DNA from: Octopus sinensis
Taxonomy: Eukaryota
Assembly: GCF_006345805.1 (NCBI RefSeq)
Contig: NC_043000.1
Coordinates: forward strand, 104,904,001-104,968,000
DNA length: 64,000 nt
Direction of reading: 5' to 3'
Under the pieces are notes generated by a model. The model saw nothing but the letters and a program-made list of their open reading frames with translations, ran no database searches and was not told the origin of the DNA. The position numbers and the translations under genes are program-made. Below, one piece after another: positions 51,057 through 64,000 of the stretch (position 1 is the stretch's first letter; every line of letters begins with the position of its first letter).

Positions 51057-52619
51057 ATGACTTTGCGTTTATCTTTTTTTTTTCTTCAGATGTCAAGTAT
51101 CTAAAGACTATGCAATGTAGTTTTTAATATCTTTTTTAAGGCGGTTTGTGAATAATTTATAGGAATAATTCAAAGCTAATTTGGCTGCTATCTTTCACAG
51201 ATCAAGTTACTATGTAACGAGTCTATTGTTGGTTGATCGTCTGTGTTACAGCATTAGTTATTAACGGATACCCCGGTGTCACTATGTTAAGTTTGTATTG
51301 ACATGTATTGAGTTTGGTTAATCTACATTGACAACGCAAGTTAATATGGAAATATGCTATGTTCACAAGTGGTAATACATATTAATAACGGCTGTGTTAA
51401 TTTAGGTTGATTCCTAATGAGAATATAATTTCAAAGTTGCTGCTAATTAACATTAATTACTGAAGTAACACTGTGAAACAGGTAATGAACAGTAAAGCAA
51501 GTAATTAAGGCATTGATGAATTCATATATCAATGAACAAAGAAAAAATTGTTTTAATAGAATCCGCAATACATATCCATAATTTCACGGAGTTTGACATT
51601 ATTAACAACTCCCCTTGTGTCATTAAAAATTTACTTCAATAAGCAATAGATTACGCTAAGAAGTTTACAACTACTTGTGACAGTGACGTCAATATTATTA
51701 CGCAGGTAAGACAACCTATGTTATCCTTTGACAATGACCCATGAGTAAAGTAAAATGGTATTAACACCAGTACTAACTTGGGTTTAGCTAACATTTCTGG
51801 TTTAATAAGGCTTATATCTGAAATTTATTTATACTTGAGCCAATGTTTACATGGAGCTTTGTGCAGAGATTTTTGTCTGTTAATTTCACGGAATTTGAAT
51901 GACCATGAATCCATAGATGAAAAAAAAATCATTGTTTTAACTAAATTAAAAAGATTAAAGATGACCATGGCAAACGTTTTTTCTTGACATAATTTTAAAC
52001 CTGGTAGCTTGGAATAGTCACACTTATTGGAACCTACAGAAGTATTACATCTTAATATAAACCACCCACTAAATTCTGAAAAGAATTTATCCGAAAATAT
52101 TAGTCGCCGCCTTTCTACCATTTCATACTATGAACATCCGTCTAAAATCATTACAAATTTTACAACGAGGCAATGAAGCGAAGTGGCTTCAAGATAAAAT
52201 TTGTTTTATAAGAGACAGTTACGGCATATGCATTAAGAAAGAAAAAGGAAAAGGAAAATAATGTGATTAAATTCTTTTTTAATATTCATGAACGTATTAG
52301 TATTTCGAAAAACGTTCTCCTAGTTACTATAATTACATAAATAATTTCCAGAATGTGTATTAATATTAGTTGTTCTTGTAAAATTGATTTTGCTGCTTAA
52401 TTTTATATTATTAACAATAAGGTAAACCTTACAACTTCAAAAACTAAGCCTTCAAACAAATTGTGTAACCGTATAAGTCTGCAAATTTGTCCTCAAGGCC
52501 TATCGTGTATTGTACAACAGTAAATGTTGTCTCCTACCAGCAAATAACTGTTAGACTGTCTTTTCCCTAAGAAAGTAAATTAACTTAAGGAATTAATTTG
52601 TGTTATTTGAAATTATCTT

Positions 52620-52815
52620 AAGGCTGTGAGATAGCAGAATCGTTATCATGCCGGGCAAAATGTTTAGTGACTGTTCGTTCGTCATTATGTTCAGAGCTCA
52701 AATCCTGCCAAGGTCGAATTTGCCTTTCATCCTTTCGGGGTCAATAAAGGAGTATCATTTGAGCACTAATGTCAAAGTAATCGACTAGACCCCTCCCTCA
52801 AAATTTCCGGCCTTT
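52620..52815 (+). mobile_element. SINE family A copy
   Basis: gtgagatagcagaatcgttatcatgccgggcaaaatg...gccaaggtcgaatttgcctttcatcctttcggggtc. Confidence 0.8.
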
Positions 52816-54139
52816 TGATAATAATAGAAAGGATTATATGTAATTATCGTCCCCTTTTTTTTGACAGTTGCTAATAATTGCCGCTAGGTCATTATGTTCT
52901 TTCTCCAAATAAACGATAAGCTTTAATTTAAGAATTTTGGGGTATGGTGCTTAATGCGTTTCCCTTTTATTTTATTACCAATAGTTGAATTATTTCTCTC
53001 AAGTCATGTTTCCTTTATATGTATGTATGCACATGTGTATGTGTGTGCGCGCGCGTGTGTGTGCACACATACACCCACACATATATGTATATACATACAT
53101 GCACACATATACATATGTGTGTTTGTGCATGCGCAAGCGCGTGTGTGAATGTGTGTAGACATCAAAGTAACTATCCTTAAATAATTGCCCTTCATAACTT
53201 TTATTCTGGATAGTTGCCTCTGAACAACTTCTCTGATTAAGATTAATATGAAAATATTAAATATTACAATTATTAATTATACAGTCAGAAATATTATCTA
53301 TTGTGATTTTATTTTATATAGTTCATCATAATTATATTTGCGTATAACCTACAATTTGCAATTGTAGTAGTATAATTATAGCGATATAAGAATATAAATC
53401 TTTTTGGATAATTCTTCTTATTGGATAGCTGATAAATCAGGAAAATTAAACTCTAATTAGTTTTATTAGTATTATTTGTGCTCCCATAGTCTTTTGCTCA
53501 TTTTTCACTTAGTTGAGGAGATTTTCAGAAGCATTTTTTTCTCGTGGGAGCAGTTGTTCTATGCAGTATGTTTATTTATTCAGCTGATAATCCAGTCTTT
53601 AACTATCCATGTTATGCATTATAAGCTCATGCAAACTCTATGGAGTGAATGACGAGGAAGCAAGAACATAAGAAACCACTCACTGGTGAGGAACAGTTGG
53701 TGAGTTTTAGTGATCCAAGTTTTTATTGATAGCAGTCAAGGAGAACTGTTTTAGGCAACTTAATTTTGTCAATTGTTTCATAGTCAAGAGAAGATCACTG
53801 TCACAGAATAATGTTTGCGATTGAAAAGGCAGGGAGAAAATCGAGCAAAAATTCGGTCTTTGCCATTGTAAATTTCTACAATTGAAAATAATTTGCTTTG
53901 AAAACTCTCTAGTCGTTCTGTAATTGATAGCTTGTTTTTAAAGAAAATTTCTCTCTGGTTTGCAATTGCTCAAATTATCATCCTCTCTGTTAAATAACGC
54001 TGCTTCTTGGGTTCAAGTAGAAATATTCTCTAGTAAATACAATGCAGATCTTTTTTGTCCTGTTGATGCATGAGTGCGCAGTATTTCTTTAGGCTCCACT
54101 CGGCAATCGCACATGTCCGACCTGCTATCTCACAAATCC

Positions 54140-54300
54140 ACCTACACCATACTGATGGGTTCTTTCAACGCAAAGGTTGAAAAAGGATGACGAAGAGAGA
54201 AATATGTTGAAAAGTTTAGATCGGGAGGGAGAAGCGAAATAAGAAAACGTTTAGTGTAAGCTAAAAGACTCTACATTGGGCACGGCCTATTCAGGAAGCA
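54140..54300 (+). mobile_element. RTE-type LINE apurinic endonuclease fragment
   Basis: YTILMGSFNAKVEKG*RREKYVEKFRSGGRSEIRKRLV*AKRLYIGHGLFRK resembles I.MGDFNAKVG...G.FG.G.RN..G..LV.F......I.NT.F.K. Confidence 0.6.
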
Positions 54301-54609
54301 ATCTGTAATTATAATTTCCGCATCCTGGTCGACAATGTAATTTGTACATCATGGTCGACAAACGGTGCGTACAGTAGCAATCCTTGGTTTTAGTGCCATT
54401 TAAATACACATACGTACATGCAAACATACATACATATATACACACACGCACACACACAAACACACAAATACATATATTTCCCTAACTGGATCATGGTACT
54501 GCATGGATCCTAAGTAAGGCATGTGTAAAATTTGAATGAAATTTATTGGGTAGTTCTCGAGTTTTAATGATGTACACATACATACACACATTCTCAGTTT
54601 TATATATAC

Positions 54610-54649
<40 letters not shown>

Positions 54650-54686
<37 letters not shown>

Positions 54687-54687
54687 G

Positions 54688-54763
<76 letters not shown>

Positions 54764-54765
54764 AC

Positions 54766-54799
<34 letters not shown>

Positions 54800-54801
54800 A
54801 G

Positions 54802-54841
<40 letters not shown>
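54650..54841. repeat. (GA)n-(GATA)n compound microsatellite
   Basis: Direct reading. Other (GATA)n tracts at 57955-58037 and 61710-61845. Confidence 0.95.
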
Positions 54842-54843
<2 letters not shown>

Positions 54844-55070
54844 CATTCACAAAAGTACATGAGTATATATTCTTTTATGCTCTTATTTATTTCTGTCATT
54901 TGAATGCGGCCAAATCGACCGCAAGATTTATTCTTTGTTAGCCTAGTACTTATTCTATAGGTCTCTTCTGCCGAACCGCTAAGTTACGGAAATATAGACA
55001 CACAAGCATCAGTTGTCAAGCGATGGTGAAGAGACAAAGACACACAAACATACACACACACACGCACACA

Positions 55071-55134
<64 letters not shown>

Positions 55135-55135
<1 letters not shown>

Positions 55136-55320
55136 GAGGGATAATTCACAAAATGGAACAAAAGACGAAGACAGGTGGTGTAGACAACAAACATGTGTTA
55201 GTTTAACGCTCCGGAAGTGAAAAAGTCTTTAACGTTTCGAGCCTACGCTCTTCCACAGAAAGGAACACAGAAACAAGGAGAGAAAATAAAGAATATGTAG
55301 TGGCTAGCGATCTATCAGGG
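55135..55320 (-). mobile_element. Short PLE-pLTR-like repeat (same family as 18378-18570)
   Basis: Reverse-complement match, including gatagatcg.tagc.actac and the terminal ccct.tatatat. Confidence 0.7.
55227..55262 (-). ncRNA. Hammerhead-like motif with variant core
   Basis: CUUU CUGUGGA a GAGC[guag]GCUC GAAA CGU U AAAG. Perfect stems I and II, but A6 is replaced by U. Confidence 0.4.
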
Positions 55321-55725
55321 ATTCTTTCAGTTTTCCTCTACCAAATCCACTCACAAGGCTTTGGTCAGCCCGAGGCTATAGTAGGAGACACGTACCCAAG
55401 GTGCCATGCAGTGTGACTGAACCCGGAACCATGTAGTTTGTAAGCAAGCTACTTACCACACATCCGTATATATACTACATAAATATTTGAAAGTTAGTCG
55501 TATGTAGGTGGATAGTAAAGTGGCTGAGAAAGGGATATAAGTGTGAAAAAGAATATTTGGCAATAAGGTAACGATCGGAAAGTTGTTCAGAAAAACAGAG
55601 GTTGTTATAGCTGCTGATGGAGTGAACAGATATGACTGTTTGCGTTTGAATCTGAGCGTGTATGCGTGTGCGTGAAATTATGACAAATGCCTCTCATATA
55701 CATACAAACGTATGCATATATAGAC

Positions 55726-56122
55726 ACAGGCGAGGCTGTGTTGTAAGAAGCTTGCTTCCCAACCACATGGTTCCGGGTTCAGTCCCACTACGTGGTATCT
55801 TGGGCATGTGTCTTCTGCTATAGCCTCGGGCCAACCAAAGCCTTGTGAGTGAATTTGGTAGACAGAAACTGAAAGAAGCCTGTTGTATATGTGTGTGTGT
55901 GTGTGTCTGTGTGTCTGTGTTTGTCCACCCCCTCCCCGCCTTCATTTGACAACCGATGCCTGTGTGTTTGTGTCCCCATAACTTAGCGGTTCGGCAAAAT
56001 TGACCGGTAGAATAAGTACTAGGCTTACGAAGAATAAGTCTTGTTGTCGATCTGTTCGACTAAAACTCTTCACGGCGGTGCTCCAACATGGCCGCAGTCA
56101 AATGACTGAAACAAGATAAAAA
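55726..56122 (+). mobile_element. SINE family B full-length copy
   Basis: aagaagcttgcttcccaaccacatggttccgggttcagtcccac...gcggtgctccaacatggccgcagtcaaatgactgaaacaag. Confidence 0.88.
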
Positions 56123-56834
56123 AAGAAAAAATACATACATGTACGCTCATATATGCGCACAAAATCATCAAAATCGTTTTCCACTTAGATGCTAATTCGC
56201 AAATATGCTTGGGCGGGGATAGTATCGTTGATAGAATTGATACAATTTATTACTGGTATCTATTTTATCAATCAGTTCGGTATGAATGAAAATCAAAATC
56301 ATCTACCTCACAGTACTGAGAGCATAAGTGTACAAAACTATTTCCGGGGTTCTACTATTTCTGTCACTACACTTTTACGTTTGACGGGGTTTCTCTGTGG
56401 TTGTCAAATTGGTAGAAATAACAAACATATTTTCCTTACCAAATCCTCCTGTGTTAAGATGGTGCATTGCAGTTTTAATTCTTAAATGACCTTATTATTA
56501 TAATATCACTTACATATATACATATATTATAGTCTTAGGTTAAGGCTCATAGACAAGCTTTTTATCATGTGATATTGCAAAATTTATTTTCCTAAGATAA
56601 TGTCACCTAAAACCAGAGCTGTAGCATCGCTGACATACGTGTCATAGATTCGCCATGATTGTCCGAGATGTATTGATATTTATTCACGCACTATATAGAT
56701 ATATAGAGAGAGTCGAATACTATGCGTATTAGAGATCAGGTGTATTTGGAGACGGATGTTCAGCCCTGTTGATTTTTAAAAGTTGCTCTCTTTTCTTTAT
56801 ATGAAAGGAACTATAGATTATATTAACCTCAATA

Positions 56835-56960
56835 GTTGACTGGTACTTTATTTTATCGATTAAGAGAATGAAAGGCAAAGTCAAACCTCGGTGGTATGTG
56901 AATGAACTCAGAGCGTATGTGTTATAGCTAAATACCCTATGGCACTTCATTCAACGACCT
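56835..56960 (-). mobile_element. SINE family A remnant
   Basis: ctggtactttattttatcga...gaatgaaaggcaaagtcaaacctcggtgg. Confidence 0.6.
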
Positions 56961-57971
56961 TACTACTCTGTCAATTCATCGCTATTGTTCTAGATATACT
57001 GTTTATAAAAATACGAATTGGACATGGCTTGAACACCTTTGATCATTGGTCTACTGAGTCAACTTGCAAGTATTTATTCTCGTGGAACATGACGTCAATC
57101 TCACCGTTCTCGGAAGGCCTGCGAAGCATATCAAAACAGATTCTTCTTCCTCCAGACTAAAATAAAATAAAAAACGACAGGGCCCACTGGGAGGCAAATA
57201 AAAACGGTAACAACAACAACGATGACGATGAAAACAACGATAATAACAACAACAATAAATTAATTCTTTCATAGTTCTTCATAATACAAACAATGTTTCA
57301 AAAAGTTTCAAGAATACTTACATTATGGTTAATTGGCGCTGAATAGTTTCCCACATTGGTGAGGTAATGATAAAACCGAAGAAAGGCGAGGCGAGGCAAA
57401 GAGTTGTTAAAGGTGATTAATCCGAAGAGAATTTCCAAGACACCTGAACATTTATATAGACATGCATAAAATACATATATAAATATGGGAATAATCGTGT
57501 GAATACATACATATATATATGTATGTATATATATATATATATATATATACTTATTTTTTTTATTTTCGTGCTTTGTTAGACTATAATCAAAATATAATTT
57601 CTTTTATATTTATTTATTGCTTTTGTTATTGCTGTGATTGCTTTTCTTATTGTTGTTCCTGTTATTTGTTGTTATTGTTGTTGCTTGACTCCTGTTGTAT
57701 AGATTAGACCTCCTGGTAAATCTCTATTAATCCTTTATCATTTCGGGACGTTAGATTTTTTTTTATCATTTATATTTGCATATATATATGATGATATATG
57801 TATGCATTAATATATACGTATTTATAGACATCTGTATACACGTTTATATATACATACATAATTGTATATGTATATATGTAAATGAATAATTTAATATGTA
57901 TGCATGCATTGTGTATGAGAGTGTGTATGTGTGTGAATATATAGTAGACAAACAGATAAATAGATAGATAG

Positions 57972-58038
<67 letters not shown>

Positions 58039-58449
58039 GGTTGTGTGTGTGTGTGGTGTGTGTGTGTGTGTGTGTGTGTGTCTTTGCGCGTGGGTGTGCA
58101 CGTACACAAATATATGTATTGTATGTATATTTGTTTGTAAATGAGATTTTAGAAAATGAATGTGATTTTGCGTTTGTGTATAAATCAGAATGTTTGTTTG
58201 TTTTGATGGGGTGGGGATGTCATTATCTGATTTGACTTTTGTATTGATTAGTGTTATATAATTGATTTAATTTATTTTTCTTTCATCTGTTTCTCTCGTA
58301 TATTATTAAGCATTTTAATTATCATAACTTGTGAGGATATAATTGTGTGAGCTGTTGTTGCTACGTTGTTGTTGTTGCTATTGTTGTTGGTGGTGGGGGG
58401 TAGTTGTGCTGGTGGTGGTGGTGGTGGTAGTAGGAGTAATAGTGTTGTT

Positions 58450-58975
58450 GTTTAACCCAAGGTCAATCCTGGTTGAGTAGACTTATGATCAAAGTGATCC
58501 GGCTGTAATCATGCCATTTTATTTTTAAACAATACATCAGGTTTATTATCCGAACTGCGTTCTGCTTTCATTAAGACGGTTCGGTTTGGTTTAAGAGGAA
58601 TTTGGTTGCTTTTACTAGCAGATCGATCACTAAGAGGATTCCTCGGTAGCGCTGTTGTTGGCAGCGGTGTTGGTGGTGGCGGTGTTGGTGGTGGTGGTGG
58701 TGGTGGTGGTGGAGGTGGTGGTGTGGTCGTAGTGGTATTGGTTGTGCTGTTGTTAGCAACGTTGCTGTTGTTTAGCTCCAGGTTATCCCTGATCGAGCAA
58801 CCCTATGATCAGTGGCATTATTCCAGCCGTGATCATCCTGTCTGTTTCAATGATATGCTGGATTACATTATTCAGTGGGTCCTTCCTTACCCTTGTTTCA
58901 GACGGTACGGTGCGTGATTTCAGGATTATGCAGCTACTATTTTTAGCAGGTCGATCGACCACGTAGATGCTCAGT
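58450..58975 (+). repeat. Two diverged copies of an unclassified about 200-bp interspersed repeat, each preceded by (GTT/GGT)n
   Basis: gtttaacc.caggtca.ccctgat.gag.agac.tatgatca...ttccagccgtga.catc...gctatttctagcaggtcga.cgacc pattern. Related pieces near 27330-27550, 41290-41460 (reverse) and 51130-51230. Confidence 0.5.
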
Positions 58976-59989
58976 TGCGGTGCTCTTAATCGTGTTATTT
59001 GTGCTTTAGACGTAATTCATGTTGTAGTTGTTATTGTTAAGGAAGAGAAGGTTGTAAACGAAAAAGAGAGAGAGAGAGAGAAAGAAACAGACGGATAAAT
59101 AAAGATGGAGAGATAGATTGAGAGAGAGGGTCATATAGATTTAGACAAAGAGACTGAAAAAGAGAGAGAAAGTGCGTGAGAGAGAAACAGAGCGATAAAG
59201 GCAGAGAAACAGATAGAGTGAGATACATAGAGAGAGGGTGCAGGTGAAAAACAGCAATGTTAATTTGTCACTTATAAATAACCAGCTTTAGCCGTAGGTG
59301 GAAATACAAAAAACAAAATGTCTCCAGTTTTAGTAGAAGGCGATTGTTATATGACTAAACTCATCTCACTTTAGATCAGTGCTGGCTCGACATGTAACAA
59401 CAACAACAAAAAAACCCTCAAAGCCAAAGGAAAAAAAACAAAGGAAAAACTAATGACAATGTTGTTGGCTGAAAACTTTGTGTAAGTGTGACTTCAGTAT
59501 GTATGCATGGTACATACATACATAAATGGATATTGTGTGTGTGTGTGTGTGTGTGTGTGCGTGCGTGTGTATATGTATGTATATATTTGTGTGTGTTTGA
59601 ATGTGTGTGTATGTGTGTGTGTTTGTTTATAAGGGCGGACATACAAATAGAGAAAAGAAACACGCGGTGGGGGCGATGATGGCGATGGCAGAGAGAAGCA
59701 GTAGTCACCAAGATGACAGTAAAAGCCCGTTATTAGAAGTAGCCTGCCCGTAAGTAATATTCAGATAAAACACGAGCCAGAACAAATCAATAAGGGAAGA
59801 CAAAACTACGAAGTCAATGCAATAGTACTGTGCAGAAAAGGAGAAAATATAGACGATTTGGACAGTTACCCTTCGTCAACATAGAAAGGAAAAGCGAAAA
59901 TTAAAAATTAGATAGAGAGAAACACGATGTTGGTTTAGAGATACAACATACTGTAACAGTTGACAGAAAATGAATGGAGAATGATGTTT

Positions 59990-60900
59990 ATCTTTTCAGC
60001 AAAAATGAGCGAGCGTGTGTTGAGAGGAAGAAGTATATCGACCGTGTGGGAATGCACTGGCGTGAAGTATGTTTATGCTAGTGGAAGCTACTAGCGAGTC
60101 AGTGTGCGTTACAAAATTTTGTGCGAATGAATAAGGTGACATATTGTCTGGGTGGCATGAGCAAGATGCTTTTCCTCGAGCAGCCAAATAATAATTACGC
60201 TATTTTCACGTTTTCACATTTTCTCACTGACTTCCATGTTGTGTGCATGTTATGTGTGTGTGTGTGGGAGGGTGAGTGTGTGTGTGTACGCACACAAACG
60301 CAAACACACACGCAGAGATATATTTCTCGTTCTGAATTTCTGCTCCTGAAAATCAAGGAAAATGATGCCCGAGTCATCCCCAAAAGCAATCCTTATGACT
60401 TTCTCTGTTGAACGGTGGCTCTTGAAGATTTTAGCTACAGGAGAAGAGGCGTGATGCCATTACATGAACCGATCATTCGTTTTCGGATCATAAAAATATG
60501 GGCGCCATATCCGGAAAAATGTATTTCATCGGCTTCACTTGATTCCCTTGATTCATTTGATCAATGCAGATTCTACTTTTCTCTCCTTCAAATCTGGTAT
60601 CAACTGTTAAGATACCCATTTTGTTCATAGTTTCCAAAACCCACAATTTTTCACCATCTCTCTTAATACATTGTGACCACAATCCTACTGTGCAGCATTG
60701 TAACTCGCCTGTCTGCACGAAACAATTGGTCCATTTGATGGTGATTTGTGTCAATGGTCGAAGCTGACAGTCTTCTACTGCGAAATTTCTCTGCAATGCT
60801 GATTCCCCCTCCTTTAATCCTCTTCCTCCCTATTGTTCTTGTCCATGGTGTGATGACGACTCATTGTTTCTACTCAGAGCCCGTATTTTCCAGCAATCAT
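59990..60900 (-). mobile_element. Decayed mariner (DD34D-type) transposase
   Basis: MDQLFRADRRVT; GFWKL*TKWVS*QL (LGFRKL.ARWVP.QL); FYDPKTNDRFM*WHHASSPVAKIFKSHRSTEKVIRIAFGDDSGIIFLDF (YDPETK.QS..W.H..SP..KK....SAGKVM.TVFWD..GII..DF); ILL..DN.SPYS. Interrupted by a CA/TG tract. Confidence 0.8.
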
Positions 60901-61118
60901 GAAGAGCGATAAGAAGAATTACTGTGCAGTAAGTGTTAACTAATATGTGCACTTTAAATTACCTTTATCGATTAAGAAAAGTGTGTCGCTCTTGCATAAT
61001 CTTCATCTGTATGTATGTGGTGTATGTGTATGTATGTATGCATGCATGCATGCATGTATGTATGTATGTATGTATGTATGTATGTATGTATGTATGTATG
61101 TATGTATGTATGTATGTG

Positions 61119-61193
<75 letters not shown>

Positions 61194-61708
61194 CGTGCAT
61201 GCACCCGCGTATGTGTGTGTAAGCGGCATGCATACTTATTCATTAATCTACACAGTTTCAACTGCGGAAAAATTATCCCAAACTTTCTAAAGCCGAATGT
61301 CAAAGTAAACCGGATCCTGTTCATATAAATATAACATTTTTCTGTTACTACAAAACCTTTCTTATTCGAAGCATACGCAAAAATGCCTACAGTAAAGCCT
61401 TTTTTTATACGGAAAACTCGAAGTAACAGGTGACCCCATTTTTTTCTCCCCTTTTCACTTGTGTTTTATATGTCAAACTTGTCTTATGAATACGTACATC
61501 AACATATTTCCCATCAAACTATAATACGAAGACATTTATTTTCTTACATATAAATTCATGAAATAAAACATGCATATAAAAGTTTGATATATTTCCAACC
61601 TTTTCCCCATTTTTGTATGTGTGTGCGTGTGTGTGCGCGCATGTGTGTACCTATAATTGTGTATGTATATATATATATATATATTAATACACACACAGAC
61701 TCACACAT

Positions 61709-61844
<136 letters not shown>

Positions 61845-62009
61845 CATAGAAGGTTTTAGTAAAATTGTTTTGATGTAATTAGAGTATTTGAAAAAGATTT
61901 TCTTCAGCTATCGTTCTGGTCAAAACATAAAGATCTCTGTCTACCAAAGGACTCATGCCTTTCGACGTACTATTAAACATTACATACATATTGTTCTATC
62001 CAAAAGCTT

Positions 62010-62276
62010 TGTGGGTTTCGAGCTTGCTTTTCAACCACATGGTTCCAAGTCTAGTCCCAAGTGGTTTGTACTATAGCCTCGGGCCGACCAAAACCTCGTA
62101 AGTGGATTTAGTAGACGGAAACTGAAGGAAGCTTTTCATATATATATATATATATACATGTATATATATATATATATATACATACACGCATACATACATA
62201 CATACATACATACATACATACTACATACATACATACATACATACATACATACATACATACATACATACATACATAC

Positions 62277-62307
<31 letters not shown>

Positions 62308-63930
62308 CATACATACATACATACATACATACATACATACATACATACATTTGGATAAAGCAGTTTGATTCAAATTCGTTGGTACTCTTTAGTTTCAACC
62401 ATAATGCTAGTCGTCGGCCATTTTGAATTTGAATGATAGAAGTTGATTGTTATTACCGTAAGGTGAGCTGCGATTCGTCGAGGAAGGTTACGCAGTGTCA
62501 TGGTTTGATGTAGGTATATGGGTAAGAGTTAGTTGGAAGATACTGCATGGCGAACAGGAAATTGACAACGTGAAGGACAGGAAATATACCACGTGGCGGA
62601 CAGGGAATCGTTCAGGTTGTTGTTCAGGAAGGGGTGGCGCGTGCAGTATATAGTTCTATATATGGGTGTACAGACGCGCTATATAGTTTTGCGTTTTGTG
62701 TGTATTGATACGAGCGTGTGCATCTCTGTACATGGGCGCACGCACACCCACACATACCCATACACGCGCATTGGTGTGTTTGCACACATTGGTATACATG
62801 TGTACATGCATGCAAATATATATATGTACATATAAATGAATTGATTATGCATGTGTGTGTATGCGTACATGTGTGTGCAAGTGTGCGTAGGCGCGTGCAT
62901 GATATGTGTCTGCGTGCGCGCGCGTGATTGTTTGTCCAAGTGTATGCGTGTGTGTGAGAGAGAGAGAGAGTGCGTGCGCAAATGTGTGCATGCGCACCCA
63001 TGTACAGACGCACAGGCTCGCACCAATACACACATACTCGCAAAACCATATGAACGCATCTACACACCCACATATAGAACTATATACTTGCACAGGCCGG
63101 CCCTTAGAACTCCCTCCCCCCAACAACAGCAACAACAACAACCTAACCGCCACGTGATTTATTTTCTCTCCTCCACGTGTCAATTTCCTGTTCACCATGC
63201 GTTATTTTACAACTGACTGTTACCCATATACCAACATCAAACCACGACACCGCGTGACCTTCCTCGACGAATCGCAGCCCACCTTCCGGTAATAACAATC
63301 AACTTCCGTCATTCAAATTCAAAATAGCTGACTACTAGCATCACGGTTGAAACTCAAGAGTACCAACGAATTTGATTCAAACTGCTTTGATCCATACATG
63401 TAAATCCCAATAAATTCGCTGAGTGCCCTTCTTTCGTTTGTCCACTCACTCGTATATGTGCATATATATGAAAATGTATTTATTTGTGTTTGTCTTTGTG
63501 TCTGTGTTTGTCCCCCACCACCACCACCTCTGTATCTTTAAGTATCGCGAACTGTCTATCATTTTCTTTTCCTGTCGGTTTGTTTGCCTGTTTCTATGCA
63601 TGCATCAATCGTTTTATCTGGTAAAATTTCCCTTAGCTTGACATATTGGCAATATATCCAGTTGATTTGTCTATTTCTCTACATGCCTCTTTGTCTGTCT
63701 ATGTATCTATCTATGTTCACACACACAGACACACACTCACACACAAACACACACACCGATGTTGGTGTGTATATCTCCTCGTAACTTAGCGGTTCGGCAA
63801 AAGTGACCGATAGAATAAGTCCTAGGCTTTCAAAGAACAAGTCCTGGGGTCGATGTCTTCGACTAAAATCCTTTAGAGTGCTGTTCGAACATGGCCGCAA
63901 TCAAATGAGGGAAATGTGTAAAAGAATAAA
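62010..63930 (+). mobile_element. SINE family B split into three parts by insertions
   Basis: Head 62010-62135, middle gtgtctgtgtttgtcccccacc about 63495-63520, tail 63755-63930. Confidence 0.7.
62352..63394. mobile_element. About 1.04-kb element with about 185-bp terminal inverted repeats (about 90% identical)
   Basis: 62352-62535 vs 63210-63394; my manual alignment gives about 18 differences. Interior is non-coding and CG/TG-rich. Confidence 0.85.
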
Positions 63931-64000
63931 AGAATATGTGTGTACGTGTGCTTGTGTGTGTGTGTGTGTGTGTTTGTGTGTGCGTGTGTATACGCATATG

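Larger units (their letters stand above)
54890..55462 (-). mobile_element. SINE family B split by an insertion in its internal microsatellite
   Basis: Head at 55321-55462 and tail at 54890-55035 (reverse), separated by (CA)n and the PLE-like repeat 55135-55320. Confidence 0.75.

Noticed and set aside
51650-52150. Possible second PLE remnant (GCLTC on the minus strand)
   Set aside because: Only one short motif; I could not find GIY-YIG or RT motifs in order.
60894-60928. Apparent 35-nt micro-exon (ttttccag|...gca|gtaagt)
   Set aside because: It lies at the inferred 5' part of the minus-strand mariner remnant; good splice-like motifs occur by chance and there is no other support.

Overview
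AT-rich eukaryotic non-coding DNA (intronic or intergenic). The SINE families and the very dense CA/TA/CATA/GATA/AAT microsatellites resemble an octopus/coleoid cephalopod genome; this is an inference from recalled repeat families, not a database hit. I cannot support any host protein-coding exon, tRNA/rRNA gene or CRISPR array. Most ORFs in the supplied track are translations of microsatellites or TE antisense strands. The window is a mosaic of: (1) a nest of restriction-like-endonuclease (RLE; R4/Dong-like) LINE pieces bounded by (AAT)n tracts at 7.2-14.9 kb; (2) several tRNA-headed SINE families that share and swap modules, three copies with clear TSDs; (3) a decayed Naiad-like Penelope element and short repeats carrying minimal hammerhead-ribozyme-like motifs; (4) Helitrons, one with an open PIF1-type helicase fragment; (5) Tc1/mariner (DD34E, DD34D, DD37D-like) and hAT remnants, plus CR1 and RTE fragments; (6) many long inverted repeats, including a perfect 203-bp-arm palindrome with a 5-nt spacer. 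The best leads are the hammerhead-like motifs, the perfect palindromes, the RLE-LINE internal fragments between AAT tracts, and the SINE module shuffling. Most TE boundaries are approximate and read by eye; TSD, hairpin and palindrome coordinates were counted explicitly.
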